DNA of 64,000 bases from Thermoproteota archaeon (GCA_026986575.1 JALSOH010000006.1:160001-224000); one strand, 5' to 3'; positions 8,786-19,004 are shown, counted from the stretch's first letter. The notes: generated by a model not told the origin, from the letters alone. Made by a program: numbers and translations.

Positions 8786-11005
8786 TTGCAGAAGTATAAG
8801 AAGGTTATAGAGCACCTACAGGGCCTTATGAAGGATCCCCGGAACATAAAGAACATAGGCATCATAGCTCACGTCGATCACGGCAAGACCACGCTCTCCG
8901 ACAATCTACTCTCGGCTGCTGGAATGATCAGCGACAAGATGGCAGGGGAGATGCGAGCGCTTGACTATCACGAGATAGAGCAGGCCAGGGGTATAACGAT
9001 AAAGGCAGCCAACATCTCCCTATACTATCAGAAGGACGGCAGGGAGTACGCGATAAACTTGGTGGACACGCCGGGCCACATAGACTTTACTGGCCATGTG
9101 ACGCGATCCCTTAGGGTCATAGACGGTGCCATAGTCGTGGTCGATGCTGTGGAGGAAGTAATGGTCCAGACGGAGACGGTGACGAGGCAGGCGTTGGAGG
9201 AGAGAGTGAGGCCGCTCCTCTTCATCAATAAGGTGGATAGGCTCATAAAGGAACTCAAGCTCACTCCTCAGGAGGTCCAGCAGAAGATTCTCAGGATAAT
9301 AAGGGAGTTCAATAACCTGATCGAGGCATACGCTGAGCCTGAGTTCAGAGACAAGTGGAAGGTCAGGTGGGACAACGACAGCGTGGCCTTTGGTTCCGCC
9401 CTCCACGGCTGGGGTCTCACCAACTCGATAGCCGCCAAGAAGGGGATCAAGTTCTCCGACATAATAGACTCATACGCTGAGGATCCGGACGGGGTCATCC
9501 TGAGAAAGGAACTACCGGTCCACGAGGCCCTCCTAGACATGGTCACCCTTCACGTTCCAAGTCCCGTCGAGGCCCAGCCCTACAGGATAGACAGGCTGTG
9601 GAAGGATCAGCACGATGAGGAGATAGTCAGGGCCCTGAAGGCGTGCGACCCTAACGGCCCTCTCATCGTTGGAGTCAATGCCGTCAGGGTGGATCCCCAC
9701 GCTGGCGTAGTAGTTACCGGAAGAGTCTTCAGCGGTACTCTCAGGGAGGGCGAGGAGGTATACCTACTCAACGCGAAGAAGAAGCAGAAGATCCAGCAAA
9801 CCAGCATCTACATGGGTCCATACAGGCTCAGAATGGAGGAAATTCCGGCCGGTAACATAGCGGCCGTCTTGGGACTCACCTCAGCTAGCTCGGGAGAGAC
9901 TGTAATAGCTCCTGATATAAAGGAGAGGGTACAGCAAGGGTTCGAGGCCATAAGGTACGTGACCGAACCCGTGGTTACTGTGGCAGTTGAAGCTAAGAAC
10001 CCTCAAGACCTACCTAAGCTCATAGATACACTGAGGAAGCTCACACTCCAAGATCCGAACTTGGTGATGATTCACAATCAGGAGACTGGGGAAATCCTCC
10101 TCAAAGGAACAGGGGAGCTTCACCTCGAGATATCCCTCTATGAGGTGAAGAAGGCTGGGCTGGAGTTCGAGGTCAGCGAGCCCACCGTGGTCTACAGGGA
10201 GAGCGTCAAGGGACAGAGCGACGTCGTGCTAGCCAAGTCGCCCAACAAGCTGAACAGGCTCTGGGTCACCGCCTCACCCCTCGATGAGAAGGTGATCAAC
10301 CTCATCCGCGAGAGGAAGGTCAACGAGAGAATGGACAGCAGGAGCGTGGCCAAGATACTCAGGGAGGAGGGGGGAATGGAAACCGACGATGCTAGGAATG
10401 TCTGGAAGATAGACGAGGAGAACTACAACCTATTCATAAACAGAACGGTCGGAGTGCAAAGGTTGGACGAGGTCAGGGAGATCTTGAAGCAGGGCTTCAT
10501 GTGGGTCATGAGGGAAGGACCTCTAGCTGGAGAGCCTGTAATGGGCGTGGTCATAAGGCTGGTCAACGCCATGATACACGAAGACCCAGCCCACAGGGGT
10601 CCGGCGCAGCTCACCCCCGCCATAAGGAGGGCTATATTCGGTGCCATGCTGAGCGCCGATCCAGTACTGCTCGAACCGATCTACGAGATACAGGTCTCCA
10701 CGCCGCCCGAACTGATAGGGTCCGTGATATCCCTCATATCCCAAAAGAGGGGCAAGGTAATAGGAGTGGAGGAAAGAGGTAGGGTAAGCGTTGTGAAAGG
10801 CTACATACCGGTCAGGGAGACTCTCGGAGGCTTCAGCAACGAGATGAGGAGCGTCACCAGCGGTAGGGCCTTCTGGCAGACCAAGTTCTCTCACTGGGAG
10901 CCCTTACCCAAGAGTCTGATGGAGCAGGTCATCTTGGAGATAAGGAGAAGGAAGGGCATGAAGGAGGAGATACCCAAAGCGGAGGAGTACATGGATACCC
11001 TCTGA
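8786..11005 (+). CDS. fusA: Translation elongation factor 2 (aEF-2)
   Basis: AHVDHGKTT, RGITIK, DTPGH, NKVD and GELHLE motifs plus the diphthamide loop HEDPAHRG; TTG start with AGGTGA SD. Confidence 0.98.
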   Translation: MQKYKKVIEHLQGLMKDPRNIKNIGIIAHVDHGKTTLSDNLLSAAGMISDKMAGEMRALDYHEIEQARGITIKAANISLYYQKDGREYAINLVDTPGHIDFTGHVTRSLRVIDGAIVVVDAVEEVMVQTETVTRQALEERVRPLLFINKVDRLIKELKLTPQEVQQKILRIIREFNNLIEAYAEPEFRDKWKVRWDNDSVAFGSALHGWGLTNSIAAKKGIKFSDIIDSYAEDPDGVILRKELPVHEALLDMVTLHVPSPVEAQPYRIDRLWKDQHDEEIVRALKACDPNGPLIVGVNAVRVDPHAGVVVTGRVFSGTLREGEEVYLLNAKKKQKIQQTSIYMGPYRLRMEEIPAGNIAAVLGLTSASSGETVIAPDIKERVQQGFEAIRYVTEPVVTVAVEAKNPQDLPKLIDTLRKLTLQDPNLVMIHNQETGEILLKGTGELHLEISLYEVKKAGLEFEVSEPTVVYRESVKGQSDVVLAKSPNKLNRLWVTASPLDEKVINLIRERKVNERMDSRSVAKILREEGGMETDDARNVWKIDEENYNLFINRTVGVQRLDEVREILKQGFMWVMREGPLAGEPVMGVVIRLVNAMIHEDPAHRGPAQLTPAIRRAIFGAMLSADPVLLEPIYEIQVSTPPELIGSVISLISQKRGKVIGVEERGRVSVVKGYIPVRETLGGFSNEMRSVTSGRAFWQTKFSHWEPLPKSLMEQVILEIRRRKGMKEEIPKAEEYMDTL

Positions 11006-11071
11006 GCCTCCTTCACTTTATCTCTTGAGATATCTCTTGAGAGCTACATCCCATTACTTCTTCTTTCCTTT

Positions 11072-11644
11072 TTATGAGTCATGAAGCTTACTGACCCTTC
11101 TTAGGAAAATAAACGCCCTCTCCAAAGCGGTCAGATAGTTGAGTATGGCTATGGCGAGCAATCCCACCCTGACTTGGTTCAGAGCGCAGAAGAGTGCGGC
11201 CAAAAGCACCCTCTCAGCTCTCCCGGTCAGGCTGTACTGTGTTCCGGTAACCCTCAAAGACTCCGCCTTAGCCCTTATGTAGCTCACTAACATGGAGGAA
11301 TGGATAGCCAGTGCCGCCAAGAGGAGATCCCCCGAGTAGATCCCCATGCCTAGGAGGAGTATGCCGTCCTCAACCCTATCGACCACCGAGTCTAGAAAAG
11401 ACCCTAGCACGCCCACCTGACCCATTCTTCTAGCTACCGCTCCATCTAATGCATCGGAGAAACCGGCTAGGATGATTAGTACGGCCGCTCCTACGTAATT
11501 CCCCACGTACAGGTAGAAGAAGGACGCGATAGTTAGGAAGAGCCCGAAAAAAGTTACTGAGTTGGCTGTAAATCCCATAGAAACCAACCAACCGGCAATT
11601 CTGTCCATGAATCCGGAGACACGGTCCCTGAGCATCTCTAGCAT
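11072..11644 (-). CDS. CDP-alcohol phosphatidyltransferase (archaetidylinositol-phosphate synthase-like)
   Basis: DALDGAVAR...G..GSFLDSVVDR signature; SYIRAKAE. Confidence 0.92.
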   Translation of the reverse strand: MLEMLRDRVSGFMDRIAGWLVSMGFTANSVTFFGLFLTIASFFYLYVGNYVGAAVLIILAGFSDALDGAVARRMGQVGVLGSFLDSVVDRVEDGILLLGMGIYSGDLLLAALAIHSSMLVSYIRAKAESLRVTGTQYSLTGRAERVLLAALFCALNQVRVGLLAIAILNYLTALERAFIFLRRVSKLHDS

Positions 11645-11710
11645 TTTATGGCACCTTTTTTCAACATCGGACTGGCGATCCTTTTTTATCTTTATCTGAG
11701 GAAATTCGAG

Positions 11711-12424
11711 ATGCCAGATCTCGTGGTCATACTGGTGGAGCCGGAGAAGGCAGATAATGTGGGGATGATAGCTAGGGCGATGAAGAACTTCGGCTTCAAG
11801 AGGCTAAGGATAGTGAGACCCATGTTCGAGTCCTTCGACAGGGCTTTAGCTGCAGCGATGCACGCAAAGGACGTGGTCAACGAGGCAGAAATACTCACAA
11901 CGTTAGAGGAAGCCAGAGAGGGAATTGACCTCCTGATCGGGACAACGGCCAGAGTGAGCAGATACTCCTTGGACAGGAGAGCCATCCCAATAAGAGACCT
12001 CCTGAGGGAGCTCACTTGGAACGCAACCTACGGCCTAGTGATGGGTAGGGAATCAGTGGGGCTCACGACCGAAGAGCTGGCCTTCTGCGACGTCGTCACC
12101 ACCATACCGTCGAGCGAGGAGTACCCGGCCCTGAACTTGGCCAATGCTACGGCCATACTCCTCTACGAATTCTTCCTGATGTTCAAGGACTCAACCCGCT
12201 TCCAAGAAAAGCCCGTTCCCCGCGAGGTGAGGGAGCTAATGGTTAACTATATAAGGGACATTGTGAATGCCATTGAGCTGGCGGACCACAAGAGGGAGAG
12301 GGTCGTCCCTCTCTTCAGGAGGATAGTGGAGAGGACCTTCCCCTGTGGTATGTCCGCCGGTGAGGCCACCTACCTAGTAGGGATTATAAAGGCCGTTAGG
12401 GACAGGTTGGTGAAGGTGAGGTAA
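11711..12424 (+). CDS. trmJ: TrmJ/SpoU-family tRNA 2'-O-methyltransferase
   Basis: VILVEP...NVGMIARAMKNFG, IGTTAR, GRESVGL and YPALNLA motifs; start moved to ATG 11711. Confidence 0.88.
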   Translation: MPDLVVILVEPEKADNVGMIARAMKNFGFKRLRIVRPMFESFDRALAAAMHAKDVVNEAEILTTLEEAREGIDLLIGTTARVSRYSLDRRAIPIRDLLRELTWNATYGLVMGRESVGLTTEELAFCDVVTTIPSSEEYPALNLANATAILLYEFFLMFKDSTRFQEKPVPREVRELMVNYIRDIVNAIELADHKRERVVPLFRRIVERTFPCGMSAGEATYLVGIIKAVRDRLVKVR

Positions 12425-12425
12425 T

Positions 12426-12947
12426 ATGTCCCTGAGACCAGCGAGGAACTATAGGGCGCTGCAGAGGCCCTACACCCGGAAGGAGTACATAAAGAGCATC
12501 CCCTACAGCAAGATCAACAAGTTCGACCACGGCAACGTGCACGGGGATTTCGACTACGAGGTGAGGCTCGTAGCGGATGCTAGCTTCCAAATCAGGAGCA
12601 ACGCTCTAGAGGCTGCGAGGATGACCATCCTAGCCCAACTCAGAAAGAGGACCCCATCGGACGAGTACTACTTCTTCAAGATAGTCCCCTACCCCCATCA
12701 CATACTCAGGAAGCACGCAATGGCCGGTGTTCACAAGGCGGAGAGGCTTCAGAAGGGTATGAGGCTGGCTTTCGGTAAGCCCGATGGCAGAGCGGCTCAG
12801 ATAAGGAAGGGCGACACCATCCTGTTCATAAGGGTAAAGGAGGAGCACTTGGACGTGGCCAAGTACTGCGTCAAGCTGGCGAAGCTCAAGATCCCTCACA
12901 TGACCAAGGTGGAAGTGGTCAAGCTAGATGGAAAGGCCGAGGGATAA
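12426..12947 (+). CDS. rpl10e: 50S ribosomal protein uL16 (L10e)
   Basis: LRPARNYR, ALEAAR, YPHHILR and GMRLAFGKP motifs. Confidence 0.97.
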   Translation: MSLRPARNYRALQRPYTRKEYIKSIPYSKINKFDHGNVHGDFDYEVRLVADASFQIRSNALEAARMTILAQLRKRTPSDEYYFFKIVPYPHHILRKHAMAGVHKAERLQKGMRLAFGKPDGRAAQIRKGDTILFIRVKEEHLDVAKYCVKLAKLKIPHMTKVEVVKLDGKAEG

Positions 12948-13548
12948 GAAGGAGCTGGAGATATTTCTTCAGAGGCTCAAAGACCTGAAAAACCCCAAGC
13001 CGGAGCTGGAGCAACACTCCACCCCTCCAGACCTCGCTTCCTCTTTAATCCATTTGGTATACCTCATGGGCGATCTGGAGGGATCGAGGGTCGCAGATCT
13101 CGGGTGCGGTAACGGCATATTGGCGATAGGCTCGGTCCTGTATGGGGCATCATACGCCATAGGCGTGGACATAGACCCAGAGGCGGTGGAGGTAGCCAAG
13201 GAGAATGCCGAAGCAGTAGAGGTTTCGGATAGAACTGAGTTCGTGGCGATGAATGTCTCAAACTTCGAGGAGAAAGTGGATGTGGTTATACAGAATCCCC
13301 CTTTTGGAGTAGTGCGCAGGCACGCGGACCTTAAGTTTTTGGATAAGGCACTTCAGATCTCTAGGGTGGTTTACTCCATACACATGGCTGGGAACTCTAG
13401 GTTCCTAGCCGAGTATGCCTCTAAGAGGGGAGCTAGGCTGACTCACGTCGAGAGATGGCCCTTCCCCCTCAGGAGGATCTTCTACTACCACAGGAGGAGG
13501 GTTGTCAGCATACCCGTGGAGATGTTGAGGTTCGAGGTGATATCGTGA
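12928..13548 (+). CDS. METTL5-family SAM-dependent RNA methyltransferase
   Basis: LEQHSTP, DLGCGNG, QNPPFG and VVYSIH motifs. Confidence 0.92.
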   Translation: MERPRDKKELEIFLQRLKDLKNPKPELEQHSTPPDLASSLIHLVYLMGDLEGSRVADLGCGNGILAIGSVLYGASYAIGVDIDPEAVEVAKENAEAVEVSDRTEFVAMNVSNFEEKVDVVIQNPPFGVVRRHADLKFLDKALQISRVVYSIHMAGNSRFLAEYASKRGARLTHVERWPFPLRRIFYYHRRRVVSIPVEMLRFEVIS

Positions 13549-14123
13549 GGGAAAGGAGGATCGTGGTTCCCGGAGAGAGGCTGGGAGTTGTTGAGGAGTT
13601 CATACCCGGAGAGGGGGTCAGGGAGGAGAGAGGTACCCTCTACTCCATTTACTTGGGTTCCTTACAAGAGAAGGACATCAATGTGTCCGTAAGACCCTTT
13701 AAGAAACCTATACTTCCCCTCAGACCTGGGGAGATAGCCTTAGGAGAGATAAGGAGTGCTGACAGGAGCGTCTACCATGTCCACCTCACAGCCCTCGTGA
13801 AACCGAGGAGAGCTCTGCTCTCCCCTCCCGTTCAGGCGGTGATGTCCAAAAGACCCCCTAACGTGGGAGCTAGGCCAAGCGATATCGTTCTCGTGAGGAT
13901 AAACTCCATCGACAACGGTACAGTGACGGTTACGATGGGAGGGCCGCCCGACTTGGGCGTCATACTGAGCTTCTGTCCCACTTGCGGTGCGCCCCTGAGG
14001 AAGGGTGTGGGGTACACCTTGGTGTGCGAGAGATGTGGTAAGGTATATTTAGACAAGAAGATCAGTAGCAGATACGGGTGGAATCCCTTCAAGGAAGGGC
14101 TGATAAGGTATGTCAAGAGGTAG
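13545..14123 (+). CDS. csl4: Exosome RNA-binding subunit Csl4
   Basis: VVPGERLGVVEEFIPGEGV N-domain, S1 domain, DLGVI + CPTC/CERC zinc ribbon; GTG 13545 overlaps the upstream stop. Confidence 0.88.
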   Translation: MRERRIVVPGERLGVVEEFIPGEGVREERGTLYSIYLGSLQEKDINVSVRPFKKPILPLRPGEIALGEIRSADRSVYHVHLTALVKPRRALLSPPVQAVMSKRPPNVGARPSDIVLVRINSIDNGTVTVTMGGPPDLGVILSFCPTCGAPLRKGVGYTLVCERCGKVYLDKKISSRYGWNPFKEGLIRYVKR

Positions 14124-14757
14124 CCTCCTAGACAAGAGGAGTTTCGTGCTCTCGCTCTCTCATGATGAGCTGGAAGACTTCCTTGAGTATCTGGAGAGGA
14201 GGATGGAAGGCAGGGATTACTCCTACAAGTATGTGACTGGCTCAGGCCTGAAGATAACCCTCTTCGGCACCAGGGAGGAGAATAAGGCAGCGGAGAGTGT
14301 GGTGAGAAGATCTTACAGGAACTTCAAGATAGTGAGGAATCCCGTCGGGGGGCTCTACAGGTACCCGTCGGAGTGGTTGATGGAGCATGGTGGAGGTGTC
14401 TCCATGAGCCTCCTGACCCTCTCGCTGAAGGGAGCTGGCCTCACGGCTAACTGGAAGAAGGACCTCCTCTACACTGAGCTGGAGCCAGAAGAGATGGTGG
14501 ATCTAATGTCCGAACTCAGGACCCTAGTCAACGAGATAAAGTACGAGATAAGGCAGAGGAAGGCTAGGGAGGTGGTGGTAGCAGCTGCCGTCAATGCTGG
14601 CGTGTCCCCAATCGAGGTACTGGACTTAGCTGAGGAGGAGGGCCTGCTAGAGAGGGACGAGAGGGGGATGTGGTGGTTCAGGGCGGATCCCGAGCTCGTG
14701 ATGGATACCCTGATAAGGAAGCTATCGGAGACGGAGGTAGATGAGGATGGATATTGA
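14110..14757 (+). CDS. Conserved archaeal protein (DUF2067-like)
   Basis: Lies between csl4 and rpoL as in other archaea; LKITLFG motif; translationally coupled. Confidence 0.65.
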   Translation: MSRGSLLDKRSFVLSLSHDELEDFLEYLERRMEGRDYSYKYVTGSGLKITLFGTREENKAAESVVRRSYRNFKIVRNPVGGLYRYPSEWLMEHGGGVSMSLLTLSLKGAGLTANWKKDLLYTELEPEEMVDLMSELRTLVNEIKYEIRQRKAREVVVAAAVNAGVSPIEVLDLAEEEGLLERDERGMWWFRADPELVMDTLIRKLSETEVDEDGY

Positions 14758-15043
14758 GGTAAAGGAGATCGGACCTAGTGAGATAAAGGTCGTGATCAAG
14801 GGTGAGACGTACACCCTTCTGACCCCTATAGTTGAGGAGCTTAACACTCGCGATGATGTGGAGTTCGCTGGTTACGATGTCCCCCACCCCCTTAAGGAGG
14901 AGGGGATAATCTTCCTGAGGGTCAGGGATGGCCTTGATCCGAGGAAGATCCTGAGGGAGACCGTAGAGAAGCTCATAAAAGAGTATGAGGGTTTAGAGAA
15001 AAGCTTCAGGGAGGAATTGGAGAGGCTAGCTACCGGAACATGA
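14741..15043 (+). CDS. rpoL: DNA-directed RNA polymerase subunit L (Rpo11)
   Basis: IKGETYTLL, VEFAGYDVPHPL. Confidence 0.95.
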   Translation: MRMDIEVKEIGPSEIKVVIKGETYTLLTPIVEELNTRDDVEFAGYDVPHPLKEEGIIFLRVRDGLDPRKILRETVEKLIKEYEGLEKSFREELERLATGT

Positions 15044-16250
15044 GCCTCGGTATATCCATGTAAGCCCTCACAACCTTTTTCAGAGGGTCCAAGTCTAGGT
15101 ACTCGTCCTGCACGTGCGCCCTCGCTCCCGGACCCAGTATTATAGATGGAATGCCCGCAAAGGACCAGAGTATCTCGGCATCAGTGTACCCTGTCCCGTA
15201 GGAAAGCTCTACCTTACCTTCCAGATCTTTCACGACCTTCTTCGCAGCGTTCAGCAGTCTGGTAGCCTCTTCGGTATCGGGCAGCATGTAAGGTGGCCTG
15301 TTCATGCCAATCTCCTCGACATCAGCTCCGATGTCCCTGCCCAGCTCCCCTAGCCTCGGTGCCAGCTCCTGCCTCAGCCCCTCGATCACGTGCTCCACCA
15401 AGCTGGAGTAGCGCCTCCTCAACTCTTCTATGTCCTCCCCGTAAACTATCCTCCTGTCCACCAAGAATTCGGCCTCACTAGGTATCTGATTTATAGCTCC
15501 ACCCGCCCTGAAGACGTTTATCGAGAGGGGCGGCCTTATTTCACTATCTAACGTCACCTTGGGTATCTTAATCGGATTAGTGTAGTCGTAGCTCTCCTTG
15601 AAGGCCCTCACCACCTCCATGGCCAGATATATGGCATTCACCGCGTAGTCAGGCCTCGATCCGTGACCTGCTACTCCCCGGACCTTGATCTTCATCCTCA
15701 GCTTACCGTTGTGGCCTATCCTGATGATTAGCTTCCCATCCTTATCGACGGAACCCTCTCCCACTATACCCACAGCCTTCTTTCCCTGCAGGAACGTCTT
15801 AGCGAGGTGGAGAGCTCCTCTCATGTTCTCCAGGGTGTCATCGCCGCCTTCCTCTCTTACTACGGCGGTGTACATCAGAGGGAGGTGGGTGCAGTTGGCC
15901 AGCTCCGCGTAAGCGACGGCCATGGCAGCTAATCCGCCCTTCATGTCCGAGCTGCCGAGGCCGTAGAGCTTGTCTCCCTCGATGACGGGGTCAAAGGGAT
16001 CTTTGGTCCATCCCGGCTGAGGGGGGACGGTGTCCATGTGCCCGTTGTAGAGGAGGTACAGGGGACCCTCACCGCTCATCGATATGACGTTCCCGACCTC
16101 ATCCCTCCGTACCATCAGTCCCTTGTCTGCCAACCAGTCAGCGAGGAATTTGGAGATTTCTTCCTCGCTTCCTATCACACTAGGGATACTGACTAACCTC
16201 CTAGTCAGCTCAACAGCCTCTCTGTAAAGTTCCTCATAATCCCTGCACAT
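15030..16250 (-). CDS. M20A metallopeptidase (ArgE/DapE family)
   Basis: NGHMDTVP, LYGLGSSDMKGG, VREE, GHGSRP and AHVQDEY motifs; likely start ATG 16250. Confidence 0.92.
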   Translation of the reverse strand: MCRDYEELYREAVELTRRLVSIPSVIGSEEEISKFLADWLADKGLMVRRDEVGNVISMSGEGPLYLLYNGHMDTVPPQPGWTKDPFDPVIEGDKLYGLGSSDMKGGLAAMAVAYAELANCTHLPLMYTAVVREEGGDDTLENMRGALHLAKTFLQGKKAVGIVGEGSVDKDGKLIIRIGHNGKLRMKIKVRGVAGHGSRPDYAVNAIYLAMEVVRAFKESYDYTNPIKIPKVTLDSEIRPPLSINVFRAGGAINQIPSEAEFLVDRRIVYGEDIEELRRRYSSLVEHVIEGLRQELAPRLGELGRDIGADVEEIGMNRPPYMLPDTEEATRLLNAAKKVVKDLEGKVELSYGTGYTDAEILWSFAGIPSIILGPGARAHVQDEYLDLDPLKKVVRAYMDIPRLMFR

Positions 16251-16355
16251 GGTATCACTCGGGAGTCTTGAGGTCGAATAACTTAACCGCGCCGGGTGGG
16301 ATCTCCCACTCATGCGAGCCGCAAACTTATTGAATTTTCATGTACTGAATACACG

Positions 16356-16597
16356 ATGTCAAAGGCCATAACCATATCAGATGATGTATACAAGGAACTG
16401 CTCAGGATAAAGGAGAAGAGATCATTCTCGGAGGTCATAGGTGGGCCTCCTAAAAGAAAGGAGAGGTAACTCCCATGTATTGCTCATGCTATTCAGCACG
16501 ATGAGTAAAGAGAGGTATGAGGAAATGAAGAGAGCTGTGGGAGAGTTAGAGGAGGAGTTCGAGAGATGGGGGCGGTCCTTGACACGAACATCGTGAT
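16356..16597 (+). pseudogene. VapB-type (DUF217-like) antitoxin, frameshifted
   Basis: MSKAITISDDVYKELLRIKEKRSFSEVI, then a shift near 16443 into LLKERRGN...EEEFERW, which overlaps the PIN gene start. Confidence 0.78.
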
Positions 16598-16945
16598 GGA
16601 AATAGCAGCGGGAAATAAGGAGGTCCTAGATAAGATTCTATCCCTAGATGATGAGTTCTATCTGACTACCATCAGCAGATTCGAGTTGTTTTCCGGAAAT
16701 CTGACCGATAGGGAGAAGTTCTGGATAGATCAGCTGGTAAATCCCTCTCGACGATGATTCCTCCGAGCTGGCAGCAATGTTATTCAAGTCCCTAAAAGAA
16801 GGAGGAAAGGACTGTATCGCTGAGGGACCTCTTCATAGGAGCCATATGTGTGTCCAACGGACTTTCTCTGATAACTTTGGATACAGACTTCCTAGTCCTT
16901 CAGGATCACGGCCTTGAACTCCACCTGCCCGGGGATCGGCGGTAG
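16566..16945 (+). pseudogene. VapC PIN-domain toxin with two frameshifts
   Basis: VLDTNIV...TTISRFEL, then IPLDDDSSELAA (shift near 16740), then SLRDLFIGAICVSNGLSLITLDTDF (shift near 16812). Confidence 0.82.
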
Positions 16946-17928
16946 AGGTGGCAGGCCACGAACCTGCCCTCCTCCACCTCCACAAGCTTAGGCTCATCCT
17001 TATTGCACGGCTCAAAAGCCTCTACGCATCTTGGATGGAATATGCATCCGTTCGGCAAGTCTATGGGGCTTGGAACGTCTCCCTTTATCGGGACCTTCTT
17101 CAACTTCCTCCTGTAATCCACTTGACCCTTGGGAACAGCTTCGACGAGTGCCTTAGTGTATGGATGCTTGGGATCGAGTATCACGCTATCTGCAGGTCCT
17201 AGCTCCACTATTTTCCCCAAGTACATGATGGCCAGCCTGTCGCACATGTGATAGGCCACCGACAGGTCGTGGGTTATGAAGAGGTAGGTAAGACCGTACT
17301 TCTCCTTGAGATCGAGCATTAGCTTAAGTATGCCTGCCCTTATAGACACATCAAGCATGCTGACTGGCTCGTCGGCTACCACGAACTTGGGGTTCAGTAT
17401 CAGCGCCCGAGCAATGGCCACCCTCTGCCTCTGCCCCCCAGACAGCTGGTGGGGGTACCTTATCATGAAGTCCTCGGGAGGCTCCAGTCCCACATCCTTC
17501 AAGGCTTGATAAACCATATCGAACCTCTCCTCCTCGCTTCGAACTCCATGTATGCGGAGAGGTTCCTCCACTAGATCGTAGATTGTCATTCTAGGGTTCA
17601 GGGACTCGTAGGGATCTTGGAATATTATCTGCATCCTCCTCCTGTATTCCTTGAACTCTCCTTTGGGTATTTCGTAGATATTCCTACCTTCAAAGAGGAC
17701 CTGTCCCCCAGTCGGCTCCAGCAACCTGACCAGAAGCCTGCCGGTGGTGCTCTTTCCGCATCCCGACTCTCCTGCTAAGCAAAAGACCTCATTCTCCTCA
17801 ATTGTGAAATTGAGGTCGTTAACTGCCTTCACGAACTTCTGCTCTCTACCCTTCAGGATGTCAGACCAGCTCCTCCTCACGGGGAAGTACTTCTTGAGAC
17901 CCCTGACCTCTATCAGCATGGCTCTCAC
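16906..17928 (-). CDS. Oligopeptide ABC transporter ATP-binding protein (OppF-like)
   Basis: GESGCGKST, FQDPY, LSGGQRQR, DEPVS and HPYT motifs; C-terminal Cys motif. Confidence 0.95.
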   Translation of the reverse strand: MRAMLIEVRGLKKYFPVRRSWSDILKGREQKFVKAVNDLNFTIEENEVFCLAGESGCGKSTTGRLLVRLLEPTGGQVLFEGRNIYEIPKGEFKEYRRRMQIIFQDPYESLNPRMTIYDLVEEPLRIHGVRSEEERFDMVYQALKDVGLEPPEDFMIRYPHQLSGGQRQRVAIARALILNPKFVVADEPVSMLDVSIRAGILKLMLDLKEKYGLTYLFITHDLSVAYHMCDRLAIMYLGKIVELGPADSVILDPKHPYTKALVEAVPKGQVDYRRKLKKVPIKGDVPSPIDLPNGCIFHPRCVEAFEPCNKDEPKLVEVEEGRFVACHLYRRSPGRWSSRP

Positions 17929-18921
17929 CTAAGATGTCTTACCTGCAATCAGGTGACAGGCCACGAACCTGCCCTCCTCCACCTCCACAAGCTTAGGCTC
18001 CTCCTTATCACAAGGCTCGAACCTCTTCGGGCAGCGGGGATGAAATCTACATCCAGGCGGGGGTTCCAGCAGATTTGGCGGGGATCCCGGTATATATTCG
18101 AACCTTCCCTTCTCCCCCACGCCTATCCTTGGGACCGCCCTCACCAGCAGCTCCGTGTAGGGATGAAGGGGATCATCCACTATCTTGTCGGTCGGCCCTA
18201 TTTCTACTATCCTCCCGGCGTACATTATCGCAATCCTATCCACCAGTTCGAACATGGTAGTGAGGTCGTGGGTTATGAAGATAAGCGACATGTTAAACTT
18301 ACTCCTCAATTCCTTGAATAGGTTGAGGATCTGGGCCTGAACCACCACGTCGAGGGCGGTGGTAGGTTCGTCAGCTATGACAACGGGGGGATTGAGTGCC
18401 AAGGCCATGGCGATCATGACTCTCTGCCTCTGCCCCCCGGAGAGCTCGTGAGGGTAGCTCCTAACCCTTTGTCTGCCTACCCCCACCAGATCAAGCAGTT
18501 CTTCCGCTCTGGCTAGCGCATCATCCTTACTCATCGCCTCGTGGGCCAATATCGCCTCGGCTATCTGATCACCGACGGTGTACACGGGGTTCAAAGCATT
18601 CATCGCAGCTTGGGGTATAACGCTAATTTCTTTCCACCTTATTTTCCGCATCTCGTCCTCTGAGAGCGGAACTACGTCCCTTCCGTTTACGTAGATCCTA
18701 CCTCGGATTATCCTACCAGGAGGTGGAACTTCCTTTACTAAAGAGTATGCTACTGTACTCTTTCCACACCCAGACTCCCCAGCTAATCCAAAAAATTCGC
18801 CTTTCTTCACCTGAAACGTCACATCCGAAGCAGCATCGACGACGCCGAAGCTCGTCTCGTACACAACTTTTAACCCTTCTACGGCCAGCACATGCTCAGA
18901 GGGACCGCTAGATAGTGACAT
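17929..18921 (-). CDS. Oligopeptide ABC transporter ATP-binding protein (OppD-like)
   Basis: GESGCGKST, LSGGQRQR, DEPTTALD and PPPGCRFHPRC motifs. Confidence 0.95.
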   Translation of the reverse strand: MSLSSGPSEHVLAVEGLKVVYETSFGVVDAASDVTFQVKKGEFFGLAGESGCGKSTVAYSLVKEVPPPGRIIRGRIYVNGRDVVPLSEDEMRKIRWKEISVIPQAAMNALNPVYTVGDQIAEAILAHEAMSKDDALARAEELLDLVGVGRQRVRSYPHELSGGQRQRVMIAMALALNPPVVIADEPTTALDVVVQAQILNLFKELRSKFNMSLIFITHDLTTMFELVDRIAIMYAGRIVEIGPTDKIVDDPLHPYTELLVRAVPRIGVGEKGRFEYIPGSPPNLLEPPPGCRFHPRCPKRFEPCDKEEPKLVEVEEGRFVACHLIAGKTS

Positions 18922-19004
18922 TTAAAGGCATTCACCTCGAGCCCCAGCTAGGGCCTTCTAAAAAACCATTGCGGCCCCATAAAACGTCATATGAGGTGCA
19001 AGTT

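Noticed and set aside
8766-8810. Out-of-frame uORF overlapping the EF-2 start
   Set aside because: It is short, and the TTG at 8786 already has a well-spaced AGGTGA SD; probably chance.
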